Assembly (NCBI GenBank): GCA_964449305.1
Contig: CAYUYM010000001.1
Location: 32,160-96,159 of the forward strand
DNA length: 64,000 nucleotides
Reading direction: 5' to 3'
Source: an uncultured Chromatiales bacterium
GTDB taxonomy: Bacteria > Bacteroidota > Ignavibacteria > SZUA-365 > CAYQST01
Every line of letters starts with the position of its first letter. The first letter of the stretch is position 1. Below are positions 1 through 8,902 of this stretch, piece after piece. The notes under the pieces were generated by a model. That model searched no databases. It saw only the letters and a program-made list of their open reading frames with translations, and had not been told where the DNA came from. The translations under genes were made by a program, and so were the position numbers.

Positions 1-1266
1 CTGCTTGCTTGCATCGGTGATGGTGAACCAGACCACGCTGTCCTTGTCCATCACGGGGGCATGCCCCTTGATGATCATGAGCGTGCGCGATCCCGTCAGA
101 ACCTGGTCGCCGTCCATCTGGACGGTCAGCACATTGCCGTTGGGGGCGATGTTCGTCGCAAAGAGCTCGCTGTACAGACCCGTGGTCGAGGTGCTGTCGT
201 AGTAGAGCGGTGTCGGCACGGTGATGGTGAAGCGGAGCTGCTTGATCGGTGCCGGCTTCGAACGTGCGGAGATCTTCACGGGCACCTCGAAGGCGCCGCC
301 GGAGTAGACCGACACGCTGTCCATGGTGATGTCGAGCGTCGAGAGGTTGGGATCCACCGGCATGGTGTACTTCCCGGTTGCGGACAGTCCGCCGCAGGCA
401 TCCGTGGTGATCGTCACCGTCCGCTCAGATCCATCTGGGCATTCCGTGAGGTATTCGATCACGCATTCGTTCTTGCCCTCCGTGAAGATGGAGGCCATTG
501 CATTGAAGATGTCGACGATCTGCTCGGGGGAGGTGATCTCGAAGTACTGCCCGCCCGTCTGTGCCGCCAGCATCTGAAGTTGGTACAAATATCGTCGGTC
601 ACCATATCCGATGCCGATGCAGAACACCGGGATGCCCTCCTTCTTGGCGTAGGCGATGACGTCGGCCAGATCGTAGTTGCGGCTGGAGTTGTCGCCGCCG
701 TCGCTCAGGACCAGGACGAACTTCTTGGCATTCCGCCCCCTGCCCACCACCTGGTCGATCGCCAGCGCGACGGCATCCCACAGGGCGGTGTTGTCCCGCG
801 CCATGAGGGAGTTGATGGCACTGTGCAGCAGCGGCTTGGACGTCGTCATCGACTGGTCGAGCGAGGGCGTGCGATTGAAGGACACGATCGCCGCCTCATC
901 CTCGCCGTTGGAATAGGACTGAAGGAGATCCACGAAGTCATTTGCCCCCTCACGCACCTTCACAATGCTTGTGCCCGCCATGCTTCCCGAGGCATCGAGG
1001 CACAGGGCCACGGAGAACGGAAGCATCTCCGTTGGGCAGCTGATGGTGAAATTCCGGTTGATCTCCCCGTCACGGACGTTCACCACGAAGTTCTGGAGGT
1101 TGCCCTGGGATACACCATTGCAATACAGCCGTACATAGACCCGGACCTTGGGATAGTTCGATGCATCGATGCGCAGGATGCGGAGCTCGTTGCCGATCTG
1201 CGCCATGGCCTGGAAGCCGAGCACGAGAAACAGAATCGGGAGGAGAAGACGTATGCGGGCGTTCAT
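1..1266 (-). CDS. Secreted von Willebrand factor type A (VWA) domain protein, partial. It starts at 1266 and runs off the window start.
   Basis: The reverse-strand translation begins MNARIRLLLPILFLVLGFQAMAQ, a signal peptide. It contains the VWA MIDAS-like segment LCLDASGSMAG, followed by ...KKFVLVLSDGGDNSS. GC3 is high. The gene is not in the ORF track because there is no stop codon inside the window. Confidence 0.55.
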   Translation of the reverse strand, partial: MNARIRLLLPILFLVLGFQAMAQIGNELRILRIDASNYPKVRVYVRLYCNGVSQGNLQNFVVNVRDGEINRNFTISCPTEMLPFSVALCLDASGSMAGTSIVKVREGANDFVDLLQSYSNGEDEAAIVSFNRTPSLDQSMTTSKPLLHSAINSLMARDNTALWDAVALAIDQVVGRGRNAKKFVLVLSDGGDNSSRNYDLADVIAYAKKEGIPVFCIGIGYGDRRYLYQLQMLAAQTGGQYFEITSPEQIVDIFNAMASIFTEGKNECVIEYLTECPDGSERTVTITTDACGGLSATGKYTMPVDPNLSTLDITMDSVSVYSGGAFEVPVKISARSKPAPIKQLRFTITVPTPLYYDSTSTTGLYSELFATNIAPNGNVLTVQMDGDQVLTGSRTLMIIKGHAPVMDKDSVVWFTITDASKQ

Positions 1267-1280
1267 GGCAGCTCTCCGGG

Positions 1281-2609
1281 TTATCTCCAGGGCGTGAAAC
1301 CGTCCCTGCCGAAATGACTGATGATGCGTGATCGCGCCGGTGGCGCGTCGTCGGCGATGGTGTATGCCCGCCGTGCCCACGCGGCGAGGTCGTTGAGGGG
1401 TTTGCCGGCGGCTGCATGCAGCTCACAGAGGGCGTCACCCTCCTCCACCGCGTCGCCGACCTTCTTCCGAAGCAGGATGCCCGCCGAGGGCTCGATGACA
1501 TCCGTGATGGCCTTCCGTCCTCCTCCCAGCTCGATCGCCAGCACCCCCATCGCGTGCGCATCGATCGCTTCCACAATCCCGCTCCGTGGCGCGCCGACAT
1601 CGCGGATGTGGTCGGCAATGCCATGCCGCATCGTCTCCTCGATGTACGCCGTGTCGCCATGCTGCGCGGCGACAAGTTGCACGAATTTCTCATACGCCCG
1701 CCCGCTGGCCACGGCCTCGTGCGACATCGCGATGCCTTCGTCCAACGTCGCCGCGGCCCCTCCCTGCACCAGCATCTCCCCGGCCAGCACATGCGTCACC
1801 TCCATGAGGTCCGGCGTCGGGCGGCCCTGCAGGCAGTCCACCACCTCCACCACCTCCAGCCAGTTGCCCACCGCCACGCCCAACGGTTCGTTCATGTCGG
1901 TGATGAACCCGGTGGTCGGCAGGCCGAATGTGGTGCCGATCTGCACGAGCAATTGTGCCAGGGCTCGCGCCTCGGTCTCCGTCTCCATGAACGCCCCCCG
2001 GCCGCATTTCACGTCCAGCACCAGGGCGTCGGCCCCACCGGCGATCTTCTTGCTCATGATCGAGGCACCGATCATCGGCAGGATGGGGACGGTCGCCGTC
2101 ACATCGCGCAGCGCGTAGATGCGCTTGTCCAGAGGGACGATGTCGTTGGTCTGGCCGATGAGCGTCGTCCCGACAGCGGCGAGCTGCCCGCGAAAGGATG
2201 CCTCGTCCGGTGTTGCCACAAACCCGGGGATCGATTCCAGCTTGTCAAGCGTGCCCCCGGTGTGCCCCAGGCTGCGGCCGGTGATCATCGGAACGGCGAT
2301 GCCGCACGATGCGACGATCGGCCCGAGCATCAGGGATGTCTTGTCGCCCACGCCGCCCGTGGAGTGTTTGTCCACCTTCCGTGCGGTGATCGATGAGAGG
2401 TCGATGCGCGCCCCGCTGTTCAGGTAGAGATCCGTCAGTGCAATGATCTCCTCGAAGGTCATGCCGCGGAAGAACACGGCCATCAGCAGTGCCGACATCT
2501 GATACTCGTGCACCGTCCCGTCGAGATAGGCGTGGAAGAACTCACGGAGCTCATCGCTCGTCAGCTCGTGACCGTCACGCTTCTTCCGGATGATCTCCTG
2601 GGGAATCAT
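1281..2609 (-). CDS. deoA: Thymidine / pyrimidine-nucleoside phosphorylase
   Basis: The 442-aa ORF contains the KHSTGGVGDK phosphate-binding motif and the TGRSLGHTGGTLDKLESIPG segment, both typical of the thymidine phosphorylase family. Confidence 0.85.
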   Translation of the reverse strand: MIPQEIIRKKRDGHELTSDELREFFHAYLDGTVHEYQMSALLMAVFFRGMTFEEIIALTDLYLNSGARIDLSSITARKVDKHSTGGVGDKTSLMLGPIVASCGIAVPMITGRSLGHTGGTLDKLESIPGFVATPDEASFRGQLAAVGTTLIGQTNDIVPLDKRIYALRDVTATVPILPMIGASIMSKKIAGGADALVLDVKCGRGAFMETETEARALAQLLVQIGTTFGLPTTGFITDMNEPLGVAVGNWLEVVEVVDCLQGRPTPDLMEVTHVLAGEMLVQGGAAATLDEGIAMSHEAVASGRAYEKFVQLVAAQHGDTAYIEETMRHGIADHIRDVGAPRSGIVEAIDAHAMGVLAIELGGGRKAITDVIEPSAGILLRKKVGDAVEEGDALCELHAAAGKPLNDLAAWARRAYTIADDAPPARSRIISHFGRDGFTPWR

Positions 2610-3539
2610 CTACTCCTCGTCATGCCGCTGTCGGAAATAGTCCATCGTCTCACGAAGCCCGTCCTCGATCCGGACTTCGGGAGCCCAGCCCAGGATGCGG
2701 GTGATCTTCTCGTGTGTGCAGACACTGCGCATCTGCTCGCCCGGCTTGGCCGGCCCGTGCCGCTCATCCTGCGGCGAACCGGCGGCAGTATTGAGATGCT
2801 GGAAGATGTCGTTGACGGTCGTCTCCACATTCGTGCACACGTTGAAGGTGTCCGTGCCGGTCATGCCCAGGGCGAGCACGTTGGCCCGCACCACGTCGCG
2901 GACGTTCACATAGTCCCGCGTCTGCAGTCCATCCCCGTTGATGACGCATGGATCGCCGTCGAGCAACCGCTTGCAGAAGATCGCCACCACACCGGCCTCA
3001 CCGTGCGGATTCTGCCGCGGTCCGTACACGTTCGTGTAACGCAGCACCGTGTACGTGAGCTTCTTCTCGATGTGGAAGTAGTTGAGGTATTTCTCCACGG
3101 TCAGCTTCGTGATGCCGTAGGGGGAACAGGGGGAGGTGGGATGAAACTCGTCGGCGGGGAAATATTCCTGCTCTCCGTAGATCGCTCCACCGGTGGAGGC
3201 GAAGATCATGCGGGAGACGCCATGCCGGATGCCGGCCTCGATCACGTTGATCGAACCAAGCACGTTGACCATGAGGTCGTAGCGGGGATCCTCCACCGAC
3301 CGCCGCACATCGATCTGCGCGGCGTGATGATTGATGACATCGATGTGATGCGTTCGGAGGATGTCGGCAAGGCCGTCGTCGCGGATGTCCATCTGGTAGA
3401 ACGGCACGCCGCGGGGCACATTCTCCAGGGCCCCCGTCGAGAGATTGTCGACAATGACCACCTCGTGCCCGAGTTCCAGATACGCGTCGGCGATGTTCGA
3501 GCCGATGAATCCTGCGCCGCCGGTGATGAGAATATTCAT
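2610..3539 (-). CDS. NAD-dependent epimerase/dehydratase (UDP-glucose 4-epimerase-like)
   Basis: The protein starts MNILITGGAGFIGSN, a Rossmann GxxGxxG motif. It carries the YGITK catalytic YxxxK motif and the SDR-extended-family segment NVYGPRQ. I moved the start to the internal Met at 3539, because the N-terminal extension in the track has no homology. Confidence 0.8.
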   Translation of the reverse strand: MNILITGGAGFIGSNIADAYLELGHEVVIVDNLSTGALENVPRGVPFYQMDIRDDGLADILRTHHIDVINHHAAQIDVRRSVEDPRYDLMVNVLGSINVIEAGIRHGVSRMIFASTGGAIYGEQEYFPADEFHPTSPCSPYGITKLTVEKYLNYFHIEKKLTYTVLRYTNVYGPRQNPHGEAGVVAIFCKRLLDGDPCVINGDGLQTRDYVNVRDVVRANVLALGMTGTDTFNVCTNVETTVNDIFQHLNTAAGSPQDERHGPAKPGEQMRSVCTHEKITRILGWAPEVRIEDGLRETMDYFRQRHDEE

Positions 3540-3595
3540 GGATTCTGCTTCGTTTTGGTACAACACTGGAAAAATGAATCTACGAAACTCTCCGC

Positions 3596-4261
3596 TCAAT
3601 GTGAAGGCGGTGCGGCCAGTTCCGCTGCCGCCCGGGCGAACACCGCATCAAGCATCCCCTCGGTCAGGCGTCCGGTGAAGGTGTTCTGCTGGCTGGGATG
3701 ATACGACCCGAGGATCAGGATGCCACTCGATGTCCGGCATTCCACACCATGCCCGAAGGCCGGCGGGCGGCCGATGGCCTCCCGCACCTGCCGGCAGACC
3801 TGGGTGTGGGCGATTCCGCCGAGGGCCACAACCACACGCAGCCGACGCATCATCGTGAGCTCCTCCCGGAGAAAGGGCACGCAATTGGCGATCTCCGCCG
3901 CCGTGAGGGTGTTGCCCGGCGGAGCGCAATGCGCCACAGCCGTGATGCGGCAGTCCTTGAGCTCCATGCCATCGGTGCGTGCCGTCGACACCGGTGAGCT
4001 GCTGAACCCCGCGCGATGCAGCGCCCGGAAGAGCCAGTCGCCCGAGGCGTCCCCTGTGAAAAGCCTCCCGGTCCTGTTGGCCCCGTGTGCCCCGGGTGCC
4101 AACCCCACCACCAGGAGCCGCGCGTCGAGGGGGCCGAAGGAGGGCACCGGGCGCCCCCAGTACTCCTCATGAGCATGCCGCCGCACCCTGGTGCGCGCCA
4201 CCTCGGCGCACCACCCAATGAGTCGGTCGCATTTCGTGCAGGTGATGATCGCTGTATCCAT
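3596..4261 (-). CDS. Uracil-DNA glycosylase, family 4/5 (UdgB-like, 4Fe-4S type)
   Basis: The N-terminus CTKCDRL...C carries the Fe-S cysteines. The segment VVGLAPGAHGANRTGRLFTGDASG matches motif A of thermostable UDG families 4/5. I chose the internal Met at 4261, because the upstream extension is R/G/W-rich and looks non-coding. Confidence 0.65.
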   Translation of the reverse strand: MDTAIITCTKCDRLIGWCAEVARTRVRRHAHEEYWGRPVPSFGPLDARLLVVGLAPGAHGANRTGRLFTGDASGDWLFRALHRAGFSSSPVSTARTDGMELKDCRITAVAHCAPPGNTLTAAEIANCVPFLREELTMMRRLRVVVALGGIAHTQVCRQVREAIGRPPAFGHGVECRTSSGILILGSYHPSQQNTFTGRLTEGMLDAVFARAAAELAAPPSH

Positions 4262-4443
4262 GCCGCCTCCATTCCGTCCAGACAGTGGGGCTCGATTCCG
4301 GGTTACCTGGTCGCCCCCGGCTGGGTGTAAAATATTGCGCCGCAGCGAATGTCCATATTTTGGTATTTTCGAAACGATGTGCCGGTGTCGCATCGGCAGT
4401 GCGCCGATGCCGCCCTCGCCGGCCGTGCAAAGAGCGCGATTCC

Positions 4444-4908
4444 ATGACCGTTCCCACCACACCACGCCATTCCCCCACCATCCCCGGGGCCCCCAGCCTC
4501 GCCGTCCGTCTGTGCACACTCTGCGTGCTCCTGCTGGCGGCCTGCGCCGATCCTCCCGGACCACAGTCCCGCCTGCGCTTCTGCGAGGACTTCAACGACA
4601 GGATGCAGGCGGTGGGTGAGGACACCGTGTTCTCCACCGGCTTCCTGTCCCTCGTTGTCGAGGCGGACCGACCCCTTGATGCCGACCAGTTCGCCATCCG
4701 CATCTTCCGTGTCACCGACCATGGGAACGATCCCTACGGCGATGAGGCGCATGTGGCCATCACCCGCTTCGAATCCGTCTTCCGTCTGCAGGGCATCCTG
4801 TCCTTCGCCGACACGGGCTGCTACGATGTGCGCGTCGCCACGCCCGACAGCAGGTTCATCACCCACGGCCGACTCCGCATCGTGCCGGGCCGCGGCGGCA
4901 CTCCATGA
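4444..4908 (+). CDS. Hypothetical lipoprotein
   Basis: GC3 is high. The protein has a hydrophobic segment ending LLLAAC, a lipobox-like cysteine. No homolog was recognised. The stop overlaps the start of the downstream flippase gene. Confidence 0.35.
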   Translation: MTVPTTPRHSPTIPGAPSLAVRLCTLCVLLLAACADPPGPQSRLRFCEDFNDRMQAVGEDTVFSTGFLSLVVEADRPLDADQFAIRIFRVTDHGNDPYGDEAHVAITRFESVFRLQGILSFADTGCYDVRVATPDSRFITHGRLRIVPGRGGTP

Positions 4909-6371
4909 AGGCACAGCTCAAGCGCCTCGGGTCCGACAGCGCCGTCTATGGGATCAGCACCATCCTCGGGCGCTTCCTGAATTTCATCCTTGTCCCGTTC
5001 TACACGAACTTCCTGCCTGCATCGGATTACGGCGTCGTGGCTGCGGTGTATTCCTACATCGCCTTCATGAACATCGTGTTCACCTTCGGTCTGGAACCCG
5101 CCTTCATGCGCTTCCATGCCGACACCCCGCCCGAACGCAGGCGGATCCTGTTCAGCACACCGTTCTGGTCCATCACCATCATCGCCGTCGCCTCGGCCGC
5201 CCTGCTGTCCGCCTTCCCCACAGCCCTGTCGTCCGCCCTTCTCATTCCGCTCCAGTGGAGCGTCATCATCCCCATGGCCGCGGCCACCATCGCAATCGAT
5301 GCCATCAACGTCATCCCCTTCGCGCTTCTCCGCATGGACCGTCGAGCGAAGTACTTCGCCTCGGTGCGCTCCGTCTCCATCGTCATCAATGTCACTCTCA
5401 ACGTGCTGTTCGTGGCCGTGCTGCGCATGTCCATTGAGGCCATCTTCCTCGCGGGCCTCATCTCATCGCTCGCCTCCACGCTGCTGCTCGTCCCGGTCAT
5501 CCTCCGCCAGATCCGCCCCGCCATCGAGCGATCTCTCCTCCGCGCACTTCTCGCCTACGGCCTCCCCACCGTGCCCTCGGGCCTCGCCGCAATGGCCGTG
5601 CAGGTGGTCGACCGTCCCCTCATGCAGATGCTCTCCGACAACGCCACCGCGGGCATCTACCAAGCCAACTACAAGCTTGGCATCTTCATGATGCTCATCG
5701 TGTCCATGTTCCAGTATGCCTGGCAGCCCTTCTACCTCGGGATCGCGTCGGAGGAGAACGCCCCGCGGATCTTCTCCCGCGTGCTCACGTATTTCGCCCT
5801 CGTCGGCGTCACCGTCACGCTCATCGTGTCCTTTTTCATCGACGACCTCATCCGCGTCGAGCTTTTCCACCATCGGACCCTCATCGGCCGGGAGTACTGG
5901 TCCGGCGTGGGCATCGTCCCGATTGTGCTGCTGGCCTATCTCTGGCTGGGGATGAGCATGATCATCGAGGCGGGGCTGCTGATCCGGAAGAAGACCGGGC
6001 GGCTTCCTCTTGTCACGGGCCTGGCAGCCGTGGTGAACATCGCGGTCAACATCATCTTCATCCCGCGCCACGGCATCTACGGTGGCGCCTTCGCCACCCT
6101 CGCCGCCTACGTGGTGATGGCCGTGATGTATTACATCTTCACGCAACGCGTCTACCCGGTCCGGTATGAATTCGGCCGCCTCGCACGCCTCTTTGGCGCG
6201 GCCATCGTCGTCGTTGTGCTCTGGTACACCATCCCCACCCCCGGCATCGGAGCAATGCTGTGGAAGTGCCTTCTGCTTGTCGGCTATGCCGTCCTTCTGG
6301 TGATGTTTCGTTTCTTCGAGCCGCGGGAAATGCAGGAAATCCGCGCGCTGCTCAGCCGCTTCCGCCGCTGA
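4905..6371 (+). CDS. MOP-superfamily polysaccharide biosynthesis protein (Wzx-like oligosaccharide flippase)
   Basis: The 488-aa protein is polytopic, with about 12-14 TM segments. It has the Wzx/MurJ-like N-terminus GSDSAVYGISTILGRFLNFILVPFYTNFL. Confidence 0.7.
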   Translation: MKAQLKRLGSDSAVYGISTILGRFLNFILVPFYTNFLPASDYGVVAAVYSYIAFMNIVFTFGLEPAFMRFHADTPPERRRILFSTPFWSITIIAVASAALLSAFPTALSSALLIPLQWSVIIPMAAATIAIDAINVIPFALLRMDRRAKYFASVRSVSIVINVTLNVLFVAVLRMSIEAIFLAGLISSLASTLLLVPVILRQIRPAIERSLLRALLAYGLPTVPSGLAAMAVQVVDRPLMQMLSDNATAGIYQANYKLGIFMMLIVSMFQYAWQPFYLGIASEENAPRIFSRVLTYFALVGVTVTLIVSFFIDDLIRVELFHHRTLIGREYWSGVGIVPIVLLAYLWLGMSMIIEAGLLIRKKTGRLPLVTGLAAVVNIAVNIIFIPRHGIYGGAFATLAAYVVMAVMYYIFTQRVYPVRYEFGRLARLFGAAIVVVVLWYTIPTPGIGAMLWKCLLLVGYAVLLVMFRFFEPREMQEIRALLSRFRR

Positions 6372-6392
6372 CATCCACGGGCGGTACGCGGA

Positions 6393-7157
6393 TCAGGACG
6401 CGGATCCGCCTGTCGCAGCACGCTCCGCTGCGCGGCGTCGAGCCATGTCCGGAAGCCGCCACCAGGGGACGCGCGGCGCCTCGTGATGCTCCAGGTGATA
6501 CCCGAAGTGGTAGCATGTCACAAAGGACAGCCAGGGCCGGAACCCGCTGGTCGTGCTCCGGTGGATGGAATCGTACCCTGCTGCCGGTTCGCGGTGGGGG
6601 AGAAAGGTGCCGAAGAGGAACAACTGGATGGTGCTCACCAGTGCCGGGGCGACCCAGAACACCAGCAGTGTCGCATCCGGAATGCCGGCGACGTGTCTCA
6701 GGAGGTTGTACAGGAGCGCCATGGCCACGATCTGCCTCCACGTGATGTAGTGCCGGAGGAAGCGCAGGTACCATCGCCAGAATCCCGCGTGCACGCCGTC
6801 ATGGTAGTCCGGATCCTGTGCTGATGCCGGAAAACGGTGGTGATCACGGTGGGCCGCTGCCAGCGGCGCGAAGGGAAACATGGCGTAGAGCCGGGTACAC
6901 AGCCACCCGATGGTCGTGTTGACCAGCCTGCTCTGTGGAGCGATGCCTCCATGCATGGCATCATGCGCGGTGATGAAGAGTCCCGTGTGGAGAAAGGTGA
7001 TGATGAAAGGCAGGAACATTGCTTCCACGCGCCATGGGTCAGGAAGAAGAAACCCGGTGAGCACGGCGGCAACCCAGAGCACGATGATCACACACGCCCG
7101 GATCACACCTCCAATCCGGTAGGGGGTATGATGGAAATCCTGGATGTCGGGACTCAT
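6393..7157 (-). CDS. crtW: Beta-carotene 4-ketolase (CrtW-type membrane di-iron carotenoid oxygenase)
   Basis: All three histidine boxes are present: FITAHDAMHG, HRDHH and HLEHH. The segments FGTFLPHR and VPWWRLP match CrtW of Paracoccus/Brevundimonas. Confidence 0.8.
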   Translation of the reverse strand: MSPDIQDFHHTPYRIGGVIRACVIIVLWVAAVLTGFLLPDPWRVEAMFLPFIITFLHTGLFITAHDAMHGGIAPQSRLVNTTIGWLCTRLYAMFPFAPLAAAHRDHHRFPASAQDPDYHDGVHAGFWRWYLRFLRHYITWRQIVAMALLYNLLRHVAGIPDATLLVFWVAPALVSTIQLFLFGTFLPHREPAAGYDSIHRSTTSGFRPWLSFVTCYHFGYHLEHHEAPRVPWWRLPDMARRRAAERAATGGSAS

Positions 7158-7175
7158 GCGCTCCGCTGCACGTCG

Positions 7176-7871
7176 TCAGAATGCTGAACCGAAGGAGAGC
7201 GCCACATAGAAGCCGTTGGCATTGGACATTGTACCCTGCTCCACACTCTGGATGCCCGATGGCAGGGGGATGATGTAGTACCGCACGTTCAGGCCCAGGA
7301 CCGCCGAGCGATCGAAACCAAAATTCGCGCCCGCACCGAGAAAGCCTCCGTACGTGAACTCGAAATGCCCCTTGCCGAAATCGCTGAAGAAGTCTGTGCT
7401 GTAGGGGGTGATGAAGAGAGCCACCGGTCCGCCACCGATGTTGACGAAGGGTCGGAAGTTGTCGGCGATCTCGTCTTGGAACAGCCGGTATTCCACGCTG
7501 ACAAAAAGCGGCAGGCGATGCACGCGGTTGATCTTGCCGTGGGCGTACTGCTCGCCCCAGTAGGTGTAGAAGTCCTTCTGCCGCGGGTCCTTCGCTTCGG
7601 AGAAGGAGAGGGAGGCGGTGAGGTTGACGCCCTCAGACAGCGAGCGGCGGTAGAAGACTCCGAGGCCGAAGCCGTCTGTGCCGATCATCGCATCCACGCC
7701 CCACGCATGGACGCGGGGTCGGAGGCTTTCCTCGCTCACGGGTGCGTCCTTCGAGCTTTTGGGGTCGGTGAAGATGATCCTCCCTCCGTCGTCCTGTGCG
7801 GCAAGCGGGGCGGCGGGTCCGGCAAGGAGGATGAGGGTGAGGCAGAGGGACGTGAGGATTCGTGCTGTCAT
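7176..7871 (-). CDS. Putative outer-membrane beta-barrel protein
   Basis: The protein has a signal peptide, MTARILTSLCLTLILLAGPAAPLAAQ. It shows alternating amphipathic strands and ends ...ALSFGSAF, the C-terminal Phe that is the OMP signature. The track ORF 7176..8666 is an N-terminal over-extension that runs through the oppositely framed esterase gene. Confidence 0.5.
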   Translation of the reverse strand: MTARILTSLCLTLILLAGPAAPLAAQDDGGRIIFTDPKSSKDAPVSEESLRPRVHAWGVDAMIGTDGFGLGVFYRRSLSEGVNLTASLSFSEAKDPRQKDFYTYWGEQYAHGKINRVHRLPLFVSVEYRLFQDEIADNFRPFVNIGGGPVALFITPYSTDFFSDFGKGHFEFTYGGFLGAGANFGFDRSAVLGLNVRYYIIPLPSGIQSVEQGTMSNANGFYVALSFGSAF

Positions 7872-7948
7872 GATGTCACTGTGGTTTTTTGCGGAATCTA
7901 TCCACGGCCGAAGGCAATCGCAAGGAAAAACGCCGACACCATGCGGAG

Positions 7949-8629
7949 TCAGAACGGGGAGAGGCCATCGTCGCGTGAGCGTGGATCGTCGGGAAGGATC
8001 CCGTACATGTGTCGGTGGAGAAAGGCGCGAATGTCCCGCACCTCGGCCGAGGGGATGCGGTGAGCGGTGTCGTACTCGTGATAGTCGAGGTTGACGTCCA
8101 TTTCGAGGAGCCGTGCGGCATCGGTGCGGGCAGTGTCGATGGGGATGACGTCGTCCCGCAGGCCATGGCCGATGAACACCGGCACGGTGCGGTTGGCGGC
8201 ATTGCGTTCCGCTTCGAGCGTATCCGGATCGATCACGTAGCCCGAGAGTGCCACCACTCCTCCCAGGCGTCGTGGGTGGCGGAGGGCGACATGGAGGCTC
8301 ATCGCCGCACCCTGGGAGAAGCCGACAAGGAAGATGTTCTCCGGCAGGACACCGTCCCGGATCTGTCCGTCGATCAGTGCCGTGATTTCCGCGTGGGCGG
8401 AAGCGATTTCCCGCGCGGGATCGCCGCCCTTCGTGAACCACGCGAACGCTCCGTGCAGCCGCTCGTCCTCGAACGGCGCAGAGGGGAGGATCCAGCGCGT
8501 GTGGAGGAACCCCATCTGGCGGACGAAGGGGAAGAAGGCATGCTTGTTCGCATTGCGGCCGTGCAGGCCGATCATCGCGAAGTCGACGCGCATCGCAGGA
8601 TCGTCGGGATGGATGAGAACATCGAGCAT
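7949..8629 (-). CDS. Phospholipase/carboxylesterase family alpha/beta hydrolase
   Basis: It carries GFSQGAAM, a GxSxG nucleophile elbow, and HG-type oxyanion residues. The family resemblance is to esterase / lysophospholipase. Confidence 0.7.
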   Translation of the reverse strand: MLDVLIHPDDPAMRVDFAMIGLHGRNANKHAFFPFVRQMGFLHTRWILPSAPFEDERLHGAFAWFTKGGDPAREIASAHAEITALIDGQIRDGVLPENIFLVGFSQGAAMSLHVALRHPRRLGGVVALSGYVIDPDTLEAERNAANRTVPVFIGHGLRDDVIPIDTARTDAARLLEMDVNLDYHEYDTAHRIPSAEVRDIRAFLHRHMYGILPDDPRSRDDGLSPF

Positions 8630-8721
8630 GGTGGACGTGGCACCTCCAATGGTCGGACAAGGACACCCCACGAAGTTACGCAATCCCCGCCGGTCTCCAA
8701 GGGGGCTGCAGGATCCTGTCA

Positions 8722-8765
8722 GGACCTATAGGTCTTCTTAGACTTCTTAGAAGACCTATAGGTCC
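8722..8765. repeat. AT-rich composite palindrome in the divergent esterase/lpdA promoter region
   Basis: The sequence is GGACCTATAGGTC-TTCTTAGA-C-TTCTTAGA-AGACCTATAGGTCC. Perfect 17-bp inverted arms surround a 10-nt core that is a direct 8-mer repeat. Each arm contains the self-palindrome CCTATAGG. The element is about 40% GC in a roughly 67% GC genome. It is flanked by G5 and C7 runs, with CTGCAGGATCC immediately upstream. Confidence 0.6.
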
Positions 8766-8902
8766 CCCCCTCCTGTTGCCGCTTGCCGTTCTTTGCTATT
8801 TTGCGGCTTCCCATCACGCCGCCTCCGCCCCGCGTTGGGAACCCACAGCGTCATTTCGTGCAGAAACAATACCACCGATCACAGAAGGAGTCCACCATCA
8901 CC

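Noticed and set aside
61-1317. 418-aa plus-strand ORF at the window start
   Set aside because: The opposite strand encodes a VWA-domain secreted protein with signal peptide and high GC3. The plus ORF is R/G/H-rich antisense shadow. It also overlaps the deoA 3' end.
8701-8712. CTGCAGGATCC (PstI+BamHI) next to the palindrome, and GGATCCCAAAGCTT (BamHI+HindIII) at about 20494, as cloning-vector remnants
   Set aside because: The strings are short and would be expected by chance in 64 kb. The flanks do not match any polylinker I can recall. I kept this only as a caveat on the palindrome finding.
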